Shown in pieces: positions 18,379 through 28,238 of a stretch of 64,000 nt of DNA; positions within the stretch are counted from its first letter, which is position 1; every line of letters starts with the position of its first letter. Where the stretch lies: NCBI GenBank assembly GCA_965222605.1, contig OZ244960.1, positions 1,376,001 through 1,440,000 on the forward strand, in the 5' to 3' direction. The notes under the pieces are model-generated. The model made no database searches. It saw nothing but the letters and a program-made list of their open reading frames with translations, and was not told the origin of the DNA. Origin of the DNA: Candidatus Latescibacterota bacterium. Lineage in GTDB: Bacteria > Latescibacterota > UBA2968. The position numbers and the translations under genes were made by a program.

Positions 18379-19202
18379 TCGACGCACATTTGCATCTCAC
18401 GCACAACGGCAGATCGGTTGAAGAAACCATCACACATATCGAAGCCATCGGCGCAAAAAAAGCCGTGATGCTACCCATTGAAGATGGCGACGACGAGTTT
18501 GGTTGGATGACCGAAGACATCGTAAAGGCGCATCGGGATCATCCGGATACCATCATTCCCTTCTGCCATGTAGATGTCACGCGAGAAGACGCCGTGCCCG
18601 AACTGGAAAAACGCGCCGCCAGTGGCATTTTTAAGGGCTATGGCGAACAAAAACAGCACCTGCGACTGGACGATCCGCGATTGGAAAAAGTATTGGCAGT
18701 CTGCAATGAATTGCATTGGCCCGTAACATGGCATTTTCAAGAAGGCAAGCGGGGATATAATCAGGGGATTGAACACCTCGAAGTGCTCCTAAAAAAATTC
18801 CCAAATATTAAGTTCATCGGCCATGCCCAATCGTGGTGGACGCATATCAGCGCCGACGTACCCGCTCCCGAAGAGACCCTGTATCCCACAGGCCCGGTCA
18901 AACCCGGCGGCTTAATAGATCGGCTATTGGCAGACTATCCCAATATGTTTGCCGATTTATCAGCGGGTTCGGGTTTGGGTGGCCTCACGCGAGACGAAGA
19001 TTTTACCGCAGGATTTCTGGAGCGGCATGGCAAAAAACTGATGTTTGCCACAGATTGTCCATGCAGGGATGGCAAAGGTGCAGGCCTCTCCCGCGGCGCG
19101 TGTTTCGCGCAATTGAGCCTTCCATTCCTCAACCGCATGCTCGCCCCCGGCGCACTGGAGGATATCTTGCACAACAATGCGGTGAGGATTTTAAATCTGT
19201 GA
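18375..19202 (+). CDS. Amidohydrolase_2 family protein
   Basis: IDAHLH, GYGEQK, FIGHA, ADLSAGSG, FATD. Confidence 0.85.
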   Translation: MIDAHLHLTHNGRSVEETITHIEAIGAKKAVMLPIEDGDDEFGWMTEDIVKAHRDHPDTIIPFCHVDVTREDAVPELEKRAASGIFKGYGEQKQHLRLDDPRLEKVLAVCNELHWPVTWHFQEGKRGYNQGIEHLEVLLKKFPNIKFIGHAQSWWTHISADVPAPEETLYPTGPVKPGGLIDRLLADYPNMFADLSAGSGLGGLTRDEDFTAGFLERHGKKLMFATDCPCRDGKGAGLSRGACFAQLSLPFLNRMLAPGALEDILHNNAVRILNL

Positions 19203-19230
19203 AAAGCAGACTATCATACAGGGGCGTAGT

Positions 19231-20142
19231 TTGAAAAAAGTTTATGTGTTGCTGACAATGGACTGCGAGACGGCCAAGTCCGACGTGGCCCCCCATGCCA
19301 GGCGGATGTCGGGCAGTGGCCCTGCGGATTACCGGGAGAGTGAACGGTCAATCTATTTTTACGTTGAGACAGCAAAGGCGTACGGGTTTCCTGTCACGCT
19401 TTTTGCGCACCCGGAGGTAGCGCTGGAGAATGCGGATCTGCTTCAGACGCTGCAGGATCAGGGCGCGTGTTTGGGGCTGCATTTACATCCATACAAGCTC
19501 AGAGGAGGAAGATACAGATACGATCTGGGCGCATATTCTGCGCGTGCGCAGCGCGAGATTATTCAAGAGGCAATGCAGGTATGGGCGTCTGCGCTGGGCA
19601 AGACGCCCCGTTATTTCAGAGCGGGTTATTTTTCGGCCAATGATTGCACATTCGGCGTGCTGCGCGAACTGGGATTTGTGGGCGGCAGTCTTTCAAATCC
19701 GGGACGGATTTTGCCCGCGCACTGCAGTGTTTGGGCCGGTGCAGAGCCCTATCCCCACCGGGCGCATCTGGGGTTTCGTTTGATTCGAGGAGATAGCGAC
19801 TTTATCAATGTGCCGGTATCTGCAGCATTTGGCAGACCAGTTGCGCAAGGCCATGCGGGCGAACGGGGTTATGAGTGGTCCTATGTTCCGCACACGTACG
19901 ACCACAGGGCGGTTATTCGGGATGTGCTGAATCGTTTTCGGACCGAAGATTCCCAGTTCGGCACCCTTGTGACGGACAGCCATAATGATCAGGATTATTC
20001 CGACCCCAGGCATCCCGCAAGGCAGAACCTGGAGTTGATACTCAGATCGATTGGAGATTTCTGCGGGCAGATGGAAATGATCCCCAGGGGGATTACGCTC
20101 GATGCCCTGTGTGAGCTTGTTCTGGCGGATGGGGATGCGTAG
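19231..20142 (+). CDS. Polysaccharide deacetylase-like (NodB-fold) protein
   Basis: LLTMDCE, GLHLHP, FRAGYFSAND; TTG start. Confidence 0.7.
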   Translation: MKKVYVLLTMDCETAKSDVAPHARRMSGSGPADYRESERSIYFYVETAKAYGFPVTLFAHPEVALENADLLQTLQDQGACLGLHLHPYKLRGGRYRYDLGAYSARAQREIIQEAMQVWASALGKTPRYFRAGYFSANDCTFGVLRELGFVGGSLSNPGRILPAHCSVWAGAEPYPHRAHLGFRLIRGDSDFINVPVSAAFGRPVAQGHAGERGYEWSYVPHTYDHRAVIRDVLNRFRTEDSQFGTLVTDSHNDQDYSDPRHPARQNLELILRSIGDFCGQMEMIPRGITLDALCELVLADGDA

Positions 20143-20166
20143 CGCGTTATTGAACAGGAGGAGACC

Positions 20167-20979
20167 GTGCGAATCGATTCTCACGTACACGTATGGACAA
20201 TGGGGGCACCGCCGTTTACCCATAATGATGATATGACCACGCAACGGCCCGATTATCCAGGGCTGGTGGAAAATCTCGTCAGGTACATGAACCTCAATGA
20301 AATCGACCGCACCGTGCTGATCCAGTGTATGTATCACGGGTATGACAATCGCTATATGTGCGATTGTTTGAGGCGATTTCCAGATCGCCTGCACGGGGTG
20401 GCGCTGATCGATCCCCTGAAAACCGACGCACCCGAAACGCTGGCGCGCCTGCACCGGGACCACGGGGTGCAGGGGATGCGATTGTATCCGATTAAAGATC
20501 GGGATGCGTCGTGGTTGTCAGGCCCTGGGCAGCATGCGCTTTGGGAGACGGCACAAAGGCTGGGCGTGCCGTTTACATGGTTTGGACGCTGCCATCAGAT
20601 TCCACTACTGGAGCCGATGTTGCAGCAATTTCCCGAGGTAAATGTAATTGTAGATCATCTGGGCGAACCGATCCTGTCCGAGGGGCTGGATTTCGGGATT
20701 TTGCTGGCAGCGGCAAAGTATCCCAATCTTTTTGTAAAAGCGACCCGGATTGATGGGATTTCCGAGCAGCCCTGGCCGCACGAGGATGTGTATCCCTATG
20801 TCAGAGCCGTGTACGAGGCTTTTGGGCCTGAACGGATGCTGGGATGTACGGGTTTTCCGGAGAATCCGCAGCGCGGGGAGGCAGTTGGTTTTCGCGTGGT
20901 TGAAGCGATGGATTTTCTGTCAGATGAAGACAGAGCATGGATTTTGGGCAAGACAACCGATGCACTCTATGGCGCATAA
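20167..20979 (+). CDS. Amidohydrolase_2 family protein (sugar lactonase-like)
   Basis: IDSHVHVW, VLIQ..YHGYDNRY, VDHLGEP, FGPERM. Confidence 0.85.
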   Translation: MRIDSHVHVWTMGAPPFTHNDDMTTQRPDYPGLVENLVRYMNLNEIDRTVLIQCMYHGYDNRYMCDCLRRFPDRLHGVALIDPLKTDAPETLARLHRDHGVQGMRLYPIKDRDASWLSGPGQHALWETAQRLGVPFTWFGRCHQIPLLEPMLQQFPEVNVIVDHLGEPILSEGLDFGILLAAAKYPNLFVKATRIDGISEQPWPHEDVYPYVRAVYEAFGPERMLGCTGFPENPQRGEAVGFRVVEAMDFLSDEDRAWILGKTTDALYGA

Positions 20980-20992
20980 GGGAAAGGACAAC

Positions 20993-23794
20993 ATGAAAAG
21001 CGCGTACAAACCCGGGGATATCGAAAACGCCCGGCAAAATCTATCTCGCTACAGTTGGGCGCAGGAAATCGTGAATAGCTGGGCGCAAAGCGTTGCATTT
21101 GCCATGCAGCAAGATCGAGCGTTTTTCGACACGATGATCCCCGAATTGACCCCTGGCACGGATTACGGTCAAAACTGTCCAAATTGTGTGGGCAAGCAAT
21201 CGTTAATGGGCGGCGTACTCTTTGACTGGCACATTGACAGTCCAGATGAAATTACGTGTCGCGCCTGTGGCGCAGTTTACCCCAATGCGCAGTATCCAGA
21301 GACCGGCGTACTCGTATGCCCGCGGATGGGTCAACAGTTCACCTATTACGAGACGCCCGAAGAAGTAGCCGATCCCGAAAATCGCGCAAAGCACGCGCTC
21401 AAATGGCTCGGGGACCGCCCTACAATGACGAGCTTTAGCGGTCATATTCGAGATCGCAAAGTGGGCTGGGCACGAAGCCAGGCATTAACACTCGCCAAGC
21501 TGTACGCGGTGACAGGTGAAATTGGATACGCGGAGCGCGCGATGTGGATTCTCGACCGCATCGCCCGGGTATTCCCGAATTATCTCTACCATTCCTACGA
21601 CGGAAGTGTTGCGGACTGGCCGCCTGCAGAGGTGGCGGCCAACATGGGCAAAGAAGAGGCAGAGGGTGGCCCTCGCGGGGGGCGTTTTCCAAAAGATGCG
21701 ATCTGCCATGCCTATGGTTTGCACCAGTTTGAGGATTATTCGACGATGAACAATGGATTCTGGGGTGCGGGCCGCATGAACGTCCACGGAAAGGGAAGCG
21801 ATGCCGGGGCACTATTTGTATTGACCGTTGCCTACGACCTGATCCGCAATGCAGAATACGCGCCTGGCCGCCGACTGATAGACAGGGATACAGAGCGGCG
21901 CATAACAGAGGACTTAATTCTGGCCGGATGTGCGGACATGATGCATTGGAACTCCCTCAGCAATAAGGGCACAGCCGTTTTTGTATTGAGCGCCGCAGTG
22001 GGAATGCTTCTAAATCATCCGCAGAAGGTGCGACACGCACTGGACGGCTTCAATCGGATGCTGGCGGAGCGATATCATCACGATGGCTTTTACTCGGAGT
22101 CGCCAGCCTATTCGGCTCACAATCTTTCCAACGTGCATGAACTGGCCGATTTGCTACACGGCTATAGCGATCCTCCCGGTTATCAGCCAGAGGAAGGCGA
22201 GCGGATTGAACACCTGGACATGTTTTCAAGCGGACGTTACCCGCTTTCCCTCCTATCTCTGGCGAGAATGCTCGCGCCCGGCAACCGCATGCCAATAATT
22301 GGCGATACGCGGTACGATACCGAAGCGGACCTTCTTTCCGCTGAGATTCTCGCTGCCCGTCTCGGTGGTGCGTACGCCGGTTTACTGGAACTTGTTCAGG
22401 GGGCGCCTTTATCCGAAAAAGGCCGAGAATACGCGCTGTGGTACCGCCCTTATGATCTACGATCAGAGGCAACGACGCTACCCATGCATACCGAGTGGTT
22501 CCCCGGCTGGCATGTAGGCGTCTTGCGCGGCGGTCGAAATGACACCGCGCTTTATCTAAATGGCAATGAGCACCTGTGGACTCTGCAAACCAGTCACCGG
22601 CAGCAAGATATCTTGAGCCTGAGCTATTACGCTTATGGGGAGGAACTCGCCTCGGACCGCGGTTATTTTTCCGGCAGCAGCCAGCAGCTTCCAGACGGAC
22701 GCAGTGGACAGGTCTGGGTGAAAAGCAGTCTGTCGCACAATCTGGTGGTAGTCGATGAAGAAGAGCAGAACAACACAGCTTGCGGTTCCAACCTGGAGTT
22801 ATTTGGCACAGCACCCGGCATTGAAGTCGTACAGGCTTCGGGCGTAAATGTGTACCCCCAATGCCAGGAATATCGACGCACCTGCGCGATGGTGACAACG
22901 CCAGAGGGGCACACTTATAGTGTGGATCTTTTCCGGGTCAAAGGCGGGCAGATCCATCAATACAATTTCCACTGCAATGGCTCACCAACGGGCCTGAAAC
23001 CATCAAAGCCATCGCCGCAGGCAGTAGCTTTAGGAGACGCCTGGAATATGTGGCTCGAAAATCCACAGGCGATTGCGCCCCAGAGACCGACCACATTTAC
23101 ATGGCAATTTCGGGATGTGAATCTGGATCTGATGTTGCTGAATGTGCCACACCGCATTATTCTCGCAGATGCGCCGGGCTGGCGGGTTGGAACACCTGAG
23201 GAATTGGAAAAACCATTGATCAGACAAATTCTGGCGGAACACTGCGCCGCGGAAGGCAATGAGGCACTTGCAAGCCAGTATGCCGCTGTGATTGCGCCCT
23301 ACAAAACCGAAAGTTCTCCACTACTTGGGGCGCGGTTGCTCACAGACGATTCAGACGCTGGTGTTCTGGCGATTGAAGTAAAATTATCGGACCGCACCGA
23401 TTATATTATTTCGACAAAGGACGAAAAAGAGCGACAATTCGGCCCCGTAACCGCTGCCGCGCAATTTGCATTTGTGTCGGTAAATGATCAAGGCATACAG
23501 GGCTATTTGTTGAACGGCACAGTATTGTCGTGTGGCGATCTGAAAATTTCACTCACAGAGGCAAGCACCACTCTGAAGGTGCAGTCCGTGGAGGAAAGTG
23601 TATTTCATCTCGCAGAACCATTGCAGAACCCACATGCTGTCGTCGGCTCTTATTTGCTGGCCGGAGAGTCACCCCAGACGGGTTTTGAAATTGCATCTGC
23701 CACAGAAAACGCGATTACCGTGCGGGACTATCCCGCGATTATTTGTGACGAAGTCAGAATCTTAAATTCCGCCTGGGCGCATGTCGCGCCTTAA
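20993..23794 (+). CDS. Heparinase II/III family protein (cytoplasmic, with CxxC pair)
   Basis: Start ATG20993 after AAGGA; DGFYSESPAY, MPIIGD, SHRQQDIL, SDRGY, SHNLVVVDE, YRRT, DLFRVKGG motifs; CPNC...CRAC; no signal peptide. Confidence 0.8.
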   Translation: MKSAYKPGDIENARQNLSRYSWAQEIVNSWAQSVAFAMQQDRAFFDTMIPELTPGTDYGQNCPNCVGKQSLMGGVLFDWHIDSPDEITCRACGAVYPNAQYPETGVLVCPRMGQQFTYYETPEEVADPENRAKHALKWLGDRPTMTSFSGHIRDRKVGWARSQALTLAKLYAVTGEIGYAERAMWILDRIARVFPNYLYHSYDGSVADWPPAEVAANMGKEEAEGGPRGGRFPKDAICHAYGLHQFEDYSTMNNGFWGAGRMNVHGKGSDAGALFVLTVAYDLIRNAEYAPGRRLIDRDTERRITEDLILAGCADMMHWNSLSNKGTAVFVLSAAVGMLLNHPQKVRHALDGFNRMLAERYHHDGFYSESPAYSAHNLSNVHELADLLHGYSDPPGYQPEEGERIEHLDMFSSGRYPLSLLSLARMLAPGNRMPIIGDTRYDTEADLLSAEILAARLGGAYAGLLELVQGAPLSEKGREYALWYRPYDLRSEATTLPMHTEWFPGWHVGVLRGGRNDTALYLNGNEHLWTLQTSHRQQDILSLSYYAYGEELASDRGYFSGSSQQLPDGRSGQVWVKSSLSHNLVVVDEEEQNNTACGSNLELFGTAPGIEVVQASGVNVYPQCQEYRRTCAMVTTPEGHTYSVDLFRVKGGQIHQYNFHCNGSPTGLKPSKPSPQAVALGDAWNMWLENPQAIAPQRPTTFTWQFRDVNLDLMLLNVPHRIILADAPGWRVGTPEELEKPLIRQILAEHCAAEGNEALASQYAAVIAPYKTESSPLLGARLLTDDSDAGVLAIEVKLSDRTDYIISTKDEKERQFGPVTAAAQFAFVSVNDQGIQGYLLNGTVLSCGDLKISLTEASTTLKVQSVEESVFHLAEPLQNPHAVVGSYLLAGESPQTGFEIASATENAITVRDYPAIICDEVRILNSAWAHVAP

Positions 23795-23812
23795 AATAGG
23801 AAGGGATTTCAC

Positions 23813-24853
23813 ATGCAAATTTTTGATCAATATTCAGATCTCCTGCAATGGATTGAACAAAAGGGACACCCATCCCGCGTGCTCGGACATACGCCGGATG
23901 GGGCACCGCTGGTATGTCTCAGGACCGGAGGAGAGAAAACACCGGCTATTTTTATCAGCGCGGGCAGCCATTCGACAGAACAGGCCGGAGTCGGAGCGGC
24001 AATGGGACTTCTGGACGCGCTCGACACAAAACACCAGGTCTATGTGATTCCCAGCCGCGATCCAATGGGAATGAACGGATATGCGTACGCGCTGAGCTTG
24101 AGCCTCGGCGAAGAGCCGGAATTAAACTCCATAGAGGACGTCGAGAAAATTCTGAAGGCACGCGGCGAGGTGCTTTACGAAGAAGATGAAACAGTACTCG
24201 CGATTATAGGCGAATACGGATATTCAACGACGGGACTTCTGGGAAAATTCGAGGTAGGAGCCGAATTTCTAAAACCGCTCTTCGGGCGGCGCATTTTCTA
24301 TCCTTCGAGTGCCGAAGGCATTGAAGGCACTGCCCCCTGCCAGAGAGCCTATACGCTAATTGTCAGTCCAGAAGGCGAGGTATTGCACATCAATCGCTTT
24401 CACGATACAGCATGGTCACCTTTGGAACCGCGTTGTACGCGCAATTTGATGGCCGAAATTCAACCCGGACTGACGCTGGATCTGCACGAATACGGAGGAG
24501 ACGGCTTCTGGTTCTCTGCCCGCCACCAGCGCAATGAGGATGATGAAATATGGGAAAAACGGATGGCAGATGCGATAATTCGTTCGGTTGCCGATTCCGG
24601 AGCTAAACTATCTCCAGAAAATTATTCGCCCGGATCGTTTTTTGAGACAGGAGAACGCGGCGTATTCTGGTTGATCGCCCAGGAACGAGGAGAGGGTCTC
24701 AATCTGGCCGATTACGGAGCGCATCAGTACGGTCCGTCGTTTACAATTGAGACGGGAATGACCATGCAAGGCGGTTATCAGGAGCGAGTGCAAACGTCTA
24801 TGCTGGCAGCGCAAACCGCGATTTCGATTTTTGAAGAACGCTGGCATAAATAA
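23813..24853 (+). CDS. M14-like zinc carboxypeptidase/deacylase
   Basis: GSHSTE, NRF, LDLHE, FTIET motifs. Confidence 0.7.
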   Translation: MQIFDQYSDLLQWIEQKGHPSRVLGHTPDGAPLVCLRTGGEKTPAIFISAGSHSTEQAGVGAAMGLLDALDTKHQVYVIPSRDPMGMNGYAYALSLSLGEEPELNSIEDVEKILKARGEVLYEEDETVLAIIGEYGYSTTGLLGKFEVGAEFLKPLFGRRIFYPSSAEGIEGTAPCQRAYTLIVSPEGEVLHINRFHDTAWSPLEPRCTRNLMAEIQPGLTLDLHEYGGDGFWFSARHQRNEDDEIWEKRMADAIIRSVADSGAKLSPENYSPGSFFETGERGVFWLIAQERGEGLNLADYGAHQYGPSFTIETGMTMQGGYQERVQTSMLAAQTAISIFEERWHK

Positions 24854-24866
24854 GGCGATTGCATGT

Positions 24867-25124
24867 TCATGCAGGAGATCGCGATTCCGCGATTAACGAA
24901 CGGAGTGCTTTGTTTACAGAATTGGAATCGGGGAAATGTTGTTTTACATCTGGATCTAACATAATAGAACCGTCTTCCTCTATGAAACAGCGGGTTTCTA
25001 TTGAGCCATCCTCTTTTTTTATTTTAACCGTATGTCCTTCACGGTAAGCCTTAAAATGTTTTCCCCGAACCCCATCAGAGAAATCGTATTCCGATCGCAT
25101 TTTCTTATCTTTATTGTCCTTCAT
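24867..25124 (-). CDS. Putative antitoxin (BrnA-like partner)
   Basis: MRSEYDFSDGVRGK...LDPDV..HFPDS..VNKALRSLI; overlaps the end of brnT. Confidence 0.75.
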   Translation of the reverse strand: MKDNKDKKMRSEYDFSDGVRGKHFKAYREGHTVKIKKEDGSIETRCFIEEDGSIMLDPDVKQHFPDSNSVNKALRSLIAESRSPA

Positions 25125-25389
25125 AATTGCGTTGCTCCCTTCGGGTGGCTTCTCTACTGCTGATGAGACGTATTCGTGACCCTCTTTCTGTATAGGATAC
25201 TACGAGAAATCTTCCCTTTGATGAAAGTCCCAAATCAATATATCGATCTTCATTTATCGAATGATCTGGATCATAAACTGTAATAGCAAAAGGATCGTTA
25301 AAGATTGTCTTGGCTTCTTCGAAACTGACACCGTGTTTTCTCTCGTTTTTCCTGGATTTATTCTCATCCCATTCAAATATCAGTGACAA
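25111..25389 (-). CDS. brnT: BrnT family toxin (DUF497)
   Basis: FEWDENK...KHGVSFEEA..F.DP...EDRY..LG...IRLISSR.AT..E...Y. Confidence 0.9.
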   Translation of the reverse strand: MSLIFEWDENKSRKNERKHGVSFEEAKTIFNDPFAITVYDPDHSINEDRYIDLGLSSKGRFLVVSYTERGSRIRLISSREATRREQRNYEGQ

Positions 25390-25488
25390 AGGTACATCTC
25401 CATTTTGCTTGATTTGTTACATTTGTAATATTTCAATAATAGCCAAATTTTACGCGTACTACAAGAGAAGAAATCAAAAGGGCGAATA

Positions 25489-25803
25489 ATGGACAATATC
25501 TTCACAGATATCCCGAAATCACCAAAAGATGAATTTTTTGAAGTCTTGCTAACTGACAAAAGCCTGAAAATAGAACGCATTGTTTCACGCGGGCATCGCT
25601 CACCTGCTTCAGGCTGGTACGACCAGGAGCAAAACGAATGGGTGATGGTCGTACGCGGCAAAGCCACCATTTCGTATAAAGACGGCTCGTCAGTCCACCT
25701 CAAAACAGGAGATTATATTAACATCCCCGCCCACACCGAGCATCAAGTGACATGGACGGATCCCGACAATGATACGATTTGGCTGGCTGTGCATTACCCG
25801 TGA
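25489..25803 (+). CDS. Cupin domain protein
   Basis: IERIVSRG..SP..GWYDQ..NEWV...GDY.NIPAH..H.V.WT...TIWLAVHY. Confidence 0.85.
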   Translation: MDNIFTDIPKSPKDEFFEVLLTDKSLKIERIVSRGHRSPASGWYDQEQNEWVMVVRGKATISYKDGSSVHLKTGDYINIPAHTEHQVTWTDPDNDTIWLAVHYP

Positions 25804-25816
25804 GGGGCATCGCGTT

Positions 25817-27136
25817 ATGAATTTAATTCAAAAAATCGCGCTATATGCATTTGTCGCGCTTATCGCGTGTGGTGGAGATAATCCCGCAAGTCAAGAAGGC
25901 GGAGATAATCCCACAGATAGCGGTTTGGATGCACACCGCTTTGATATTACGGAAAATCAGACCAGCGATTTTGGCATGAACACGCCTGGGGGACGCGGGG
26001 GCAGGGTCATTCGAGTGACAAATCTGTTGGCGAGTGGACAGGGATCACTGGATGCGGCACTATCTGCATCGGGACCGCGTATTGTAGTATTTGAAGTGGG
26101 AGGGGTAATTGATCTGAACAAAACGCGGTTGAACATTCGCGAGCCGTATGTAACTGTGGCGGGACAAACCGCGCCGAGTCCGGGCATTACAATCATTCGC
26201 GGTGCAATTTTTATTCAGACACACGATGTAATTTTGCAACATATTCGGGTGCGCCCAGGCGATGCGGGGGAACTCAAGAGAAGCGGATGGGAGCCTGATG
26301 GCATCTCCACAGCGGGTGGTGATGCGTACAATGTGTTGATCGAGTACTGTTCGATTTCATGGGCAGTGGATGAAAATTTAAGCGCATCTGGTCCAAATAC
26401 CGAGGGACCAGATGCGACTTCCCGTCGCATCGCGTTTGTCAATTGCATTATCGCCGAATGCCTGAATGATGCATCGCACAGCAAAGGCCCGCACTCCATG
26501 GGATCGCTGATCCACGATTTTTGTCGAGAGATCGCCATTATCGGCAATTTGTATGCCCACAATGCAAATCGCAATCCGTATTTCAAGGCATTTACAACCG
26601 GGGTGATCGTGAACAATTTGATTTACAACCCGGGGTCTCGGGCGATTCAACTGAGTTTTTCAGATAGCGAGTTTAGCGATACCAATATTATCCCGCAAAA
26701 TGCGCGCGTGAGTGTGGTGGGCAATGTGATGATTCACGGTGGAAATACGCGGTCGGGACTGGCATTGGTGTCCTCAAAGGGCGATGCGTATCTCGAGGAT
26801 AATATCGCGCTGGATCGAACGGGTGCTGCTGTGCCTTTGACCTCGGGCAATATCCGCATTTTGAATGAAAAGCCGATCTGGGGTAATATCACACCATTGC
26901 CCGCATCGGCGGTTGTGGATCATGTAGTGCAGAGTGCGGGTGCGCGTCCGAAAGACCGCGATGAAATTGATAAACGGATTATAAGCGAGTTTCTCGCGCG
27001 CGAAGGTCGGATGATCGATAGCCAGCAAGAGGTAGGCGGCTATCCCCCGATCAATATGGTCAGGCGACCGCTGGATATTCCCGCGGATGTGGATGCGTGG
27101 TTGGCGCGACTCGCGGCAGAGCTTGAAGGGAATTAA
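25817..27136 (+). CDS. Pectate lyase (PL1-like) lipoprotein
   Basis: Lipobox ALIA-C; TPGGRGGRVIRVTNL, PRIVVFEVGG, VAGQTAP, SISWAVDE, RNP, AGARP. Confidence 0.85.
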   Translation: MNLIQKIALYAFVALIACGGDNPASQEGGDNPTDSGLDAHRFDITENQTSDFGMNTPGGRGGRVIRVTNLLASGQGSLDAALSASGPRIVVFEVGGVIDLNKTRLNIREPYVTVAGQTAPSPGITIIRGAIFIQTHDVILQHIRVRPGDAGELKRSGWEPDGISTAGGDAYNVLIEYCSISWAVDENLSASGPNTEGPDATSRRIAFVNCIIAECLNDASHSKGPHSMGSLIHDFCREIAIIGNLYAHNANRNPYFKAFTTGVIVNNLIYNPGSRAIQLSFSDSEFSDTNIIPQNARVSVVGNVMIHGGNTRSGLALVSSKGDAYLEDNIALDRTGAAVPLTSGNIRILNEKPIWGNITPLPASAVVDHVVQSAGARPKDRDEIDKRIISEFLAREGRMIDSQQEVGGYPPINMVRRPLDIPADVDAWLARLAAELEGN

Positions 27137-27169
27137 CCGTTAAAAAAGAAAGGATCGGAGAACACACAA

Positions 27170-28042
27170 ATGGAAAAACGAACACTTGGACGCACTGGAC
27201 ATCAGAGCACTGTAGCGACCTTTGGCGCATTCTCGGTGGGATATGTAGATCAGGACGAGGCAGACCGCGCCATACAACTCGTCCTTGACCACGGCGTAAA
27301 CCACATCGACATAGCGCCGAGCTACGGACACGCGATGGAGCGCGTGGCTCCGTGGATGCCCGACATACGGGACAAAGTATTCCTCGGCGCAAAAACAACC
27401 TATCGCACGCGCGACGAAGCGTGGCGAGATGTGGAACAAATGATGAAACGACTAAACGTCGAAAACTTCGACTTGTTTCAACTCCACTCAGTCGGCAATA
27501 TCCCCGAACTGGACAAAGCCATCGCATCGGGCGGCGCACTTGAAACCCTGATAGAAATGCGCGAACAGGGTCTGACCAAATGGCTGGGCATCACCGGGCA
27601 CGGACCGCAGGTTCCGAGTACCATCCTGGAAAGCCTGAAACGCTTCGACTTCGACACCATCATGTTCCCCCTGAATCCGGCAAGCATGCGGGACGCGAAT
27701 TATCGCCGGGACGCCGAAGCACTACTCGCCGAGGCAAACGCACGCAACATCGGCATCCAAACAATCAAAATGATCGCGCGCGGCGGCTGGGCTGAAAATT
27801 CAAAAGATTGCCACACCTGGTACGACCCGCACCGGGAACAAGAAGCCATTGACCGTTCCCTGTGGTGGGTCCTATCCCAGCCGATACACACCGCTCCCAC
27901 CTGCGGCGAAATCAGCTTACTGCCAAAAGTCCTCAACGCCGCCGAGCGATTCGTCCCCCTCACTCCTGACGAACAAGTAGCCGCCATCGCCGCACAGCGC
28001 CCACCCCAACCGCTTCCCGCACTGGCGATTCCCGAAATGTGA
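27170..28042 (+). CDS. Aldo/keto reductase
   Basis: RTLGRTGHQS, HIDIAPSYG, DLFQLH, GITGHG. Confidence 0.9.
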   Translation: MEKRTLGRTGHQSTVATFGAFSVGYVDQDEADRAIQLVLDHGVNHIDIAPSYGHAMERVAPWMPDIRDKVFLGAKTTYRTRDEAWRDVEQMMKRLNVENFDLFQLHSVGNIPELDKAIASGGALETLIEMREQGLTKWLGITGHGPQVPSTILESLKRFDFDTIMFPLNPASMRDANYRRDAEALLAEANARNIGIQTIKMIARGGWAENSKDCHTWYDPHREQEAIDRSLWWVLSQPIHTAPTCGEISLLPKVLNAAERFVPLTPDEQVAAIAAQRPPQPLPALAIPEM

Positions 28043-28135
28043 AGATCCATCCGTAAGGACGCAAACTTTGCGTTGCCAACCGAGCAAAACTTTGGCATCA
28101 TGCAAAACCATCCTTAAAACAGAAAGGAGTTTATC

Positions 28136-28237
28136 ATGCTCAAGCAAATAATCGGCGCAATTCTCACTATTGTGGGAGTGGCTGTTGCCATCCACACCAT
28201 CGCTGAACCACTCTATCACGCCTCCAACGACGAGTAA
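28136..28237 (+). CDS. 33-aa single-TM peptide or truncated membrane-protein remnant
   Basis: Strong RBS AAAGGAG; MLKQIIGAILTIVGVAVAIHTIAEPLYHASNDE*; stop lies 1 nt before the crcB GTG. Confidence 0.5.
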   Translation: MLKQIIGAILTIVGVAVAIHTIAEPLYHASNDE

Positions 28238-28238
28238 C

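Noticed and set aside
20750-20992. 81-aa N-terminal extension of the heparinase-like ORF (also extensions at 5' of 8825, 16420, 42909, 49550, 56456)
   Set aside because: They overlap neighbouring genes, promoters or repeats; downstream starts fit the RBS and/or family N-termini better.
25871-25915. GGAGATAATCCC direct repeat in pectate lyase
   Set aside because: Encodes a GGDNP duplication in the lipoprotein linker; ordinary low-complexity tether.
28043-28238. Fluoride riboswitch upstream of crcB
   Set aside because: No GGCGATGG-type consensus is visible; only a short REP-like hairpin (ACGCAAAC/TTTGCGT) and the small ORF.
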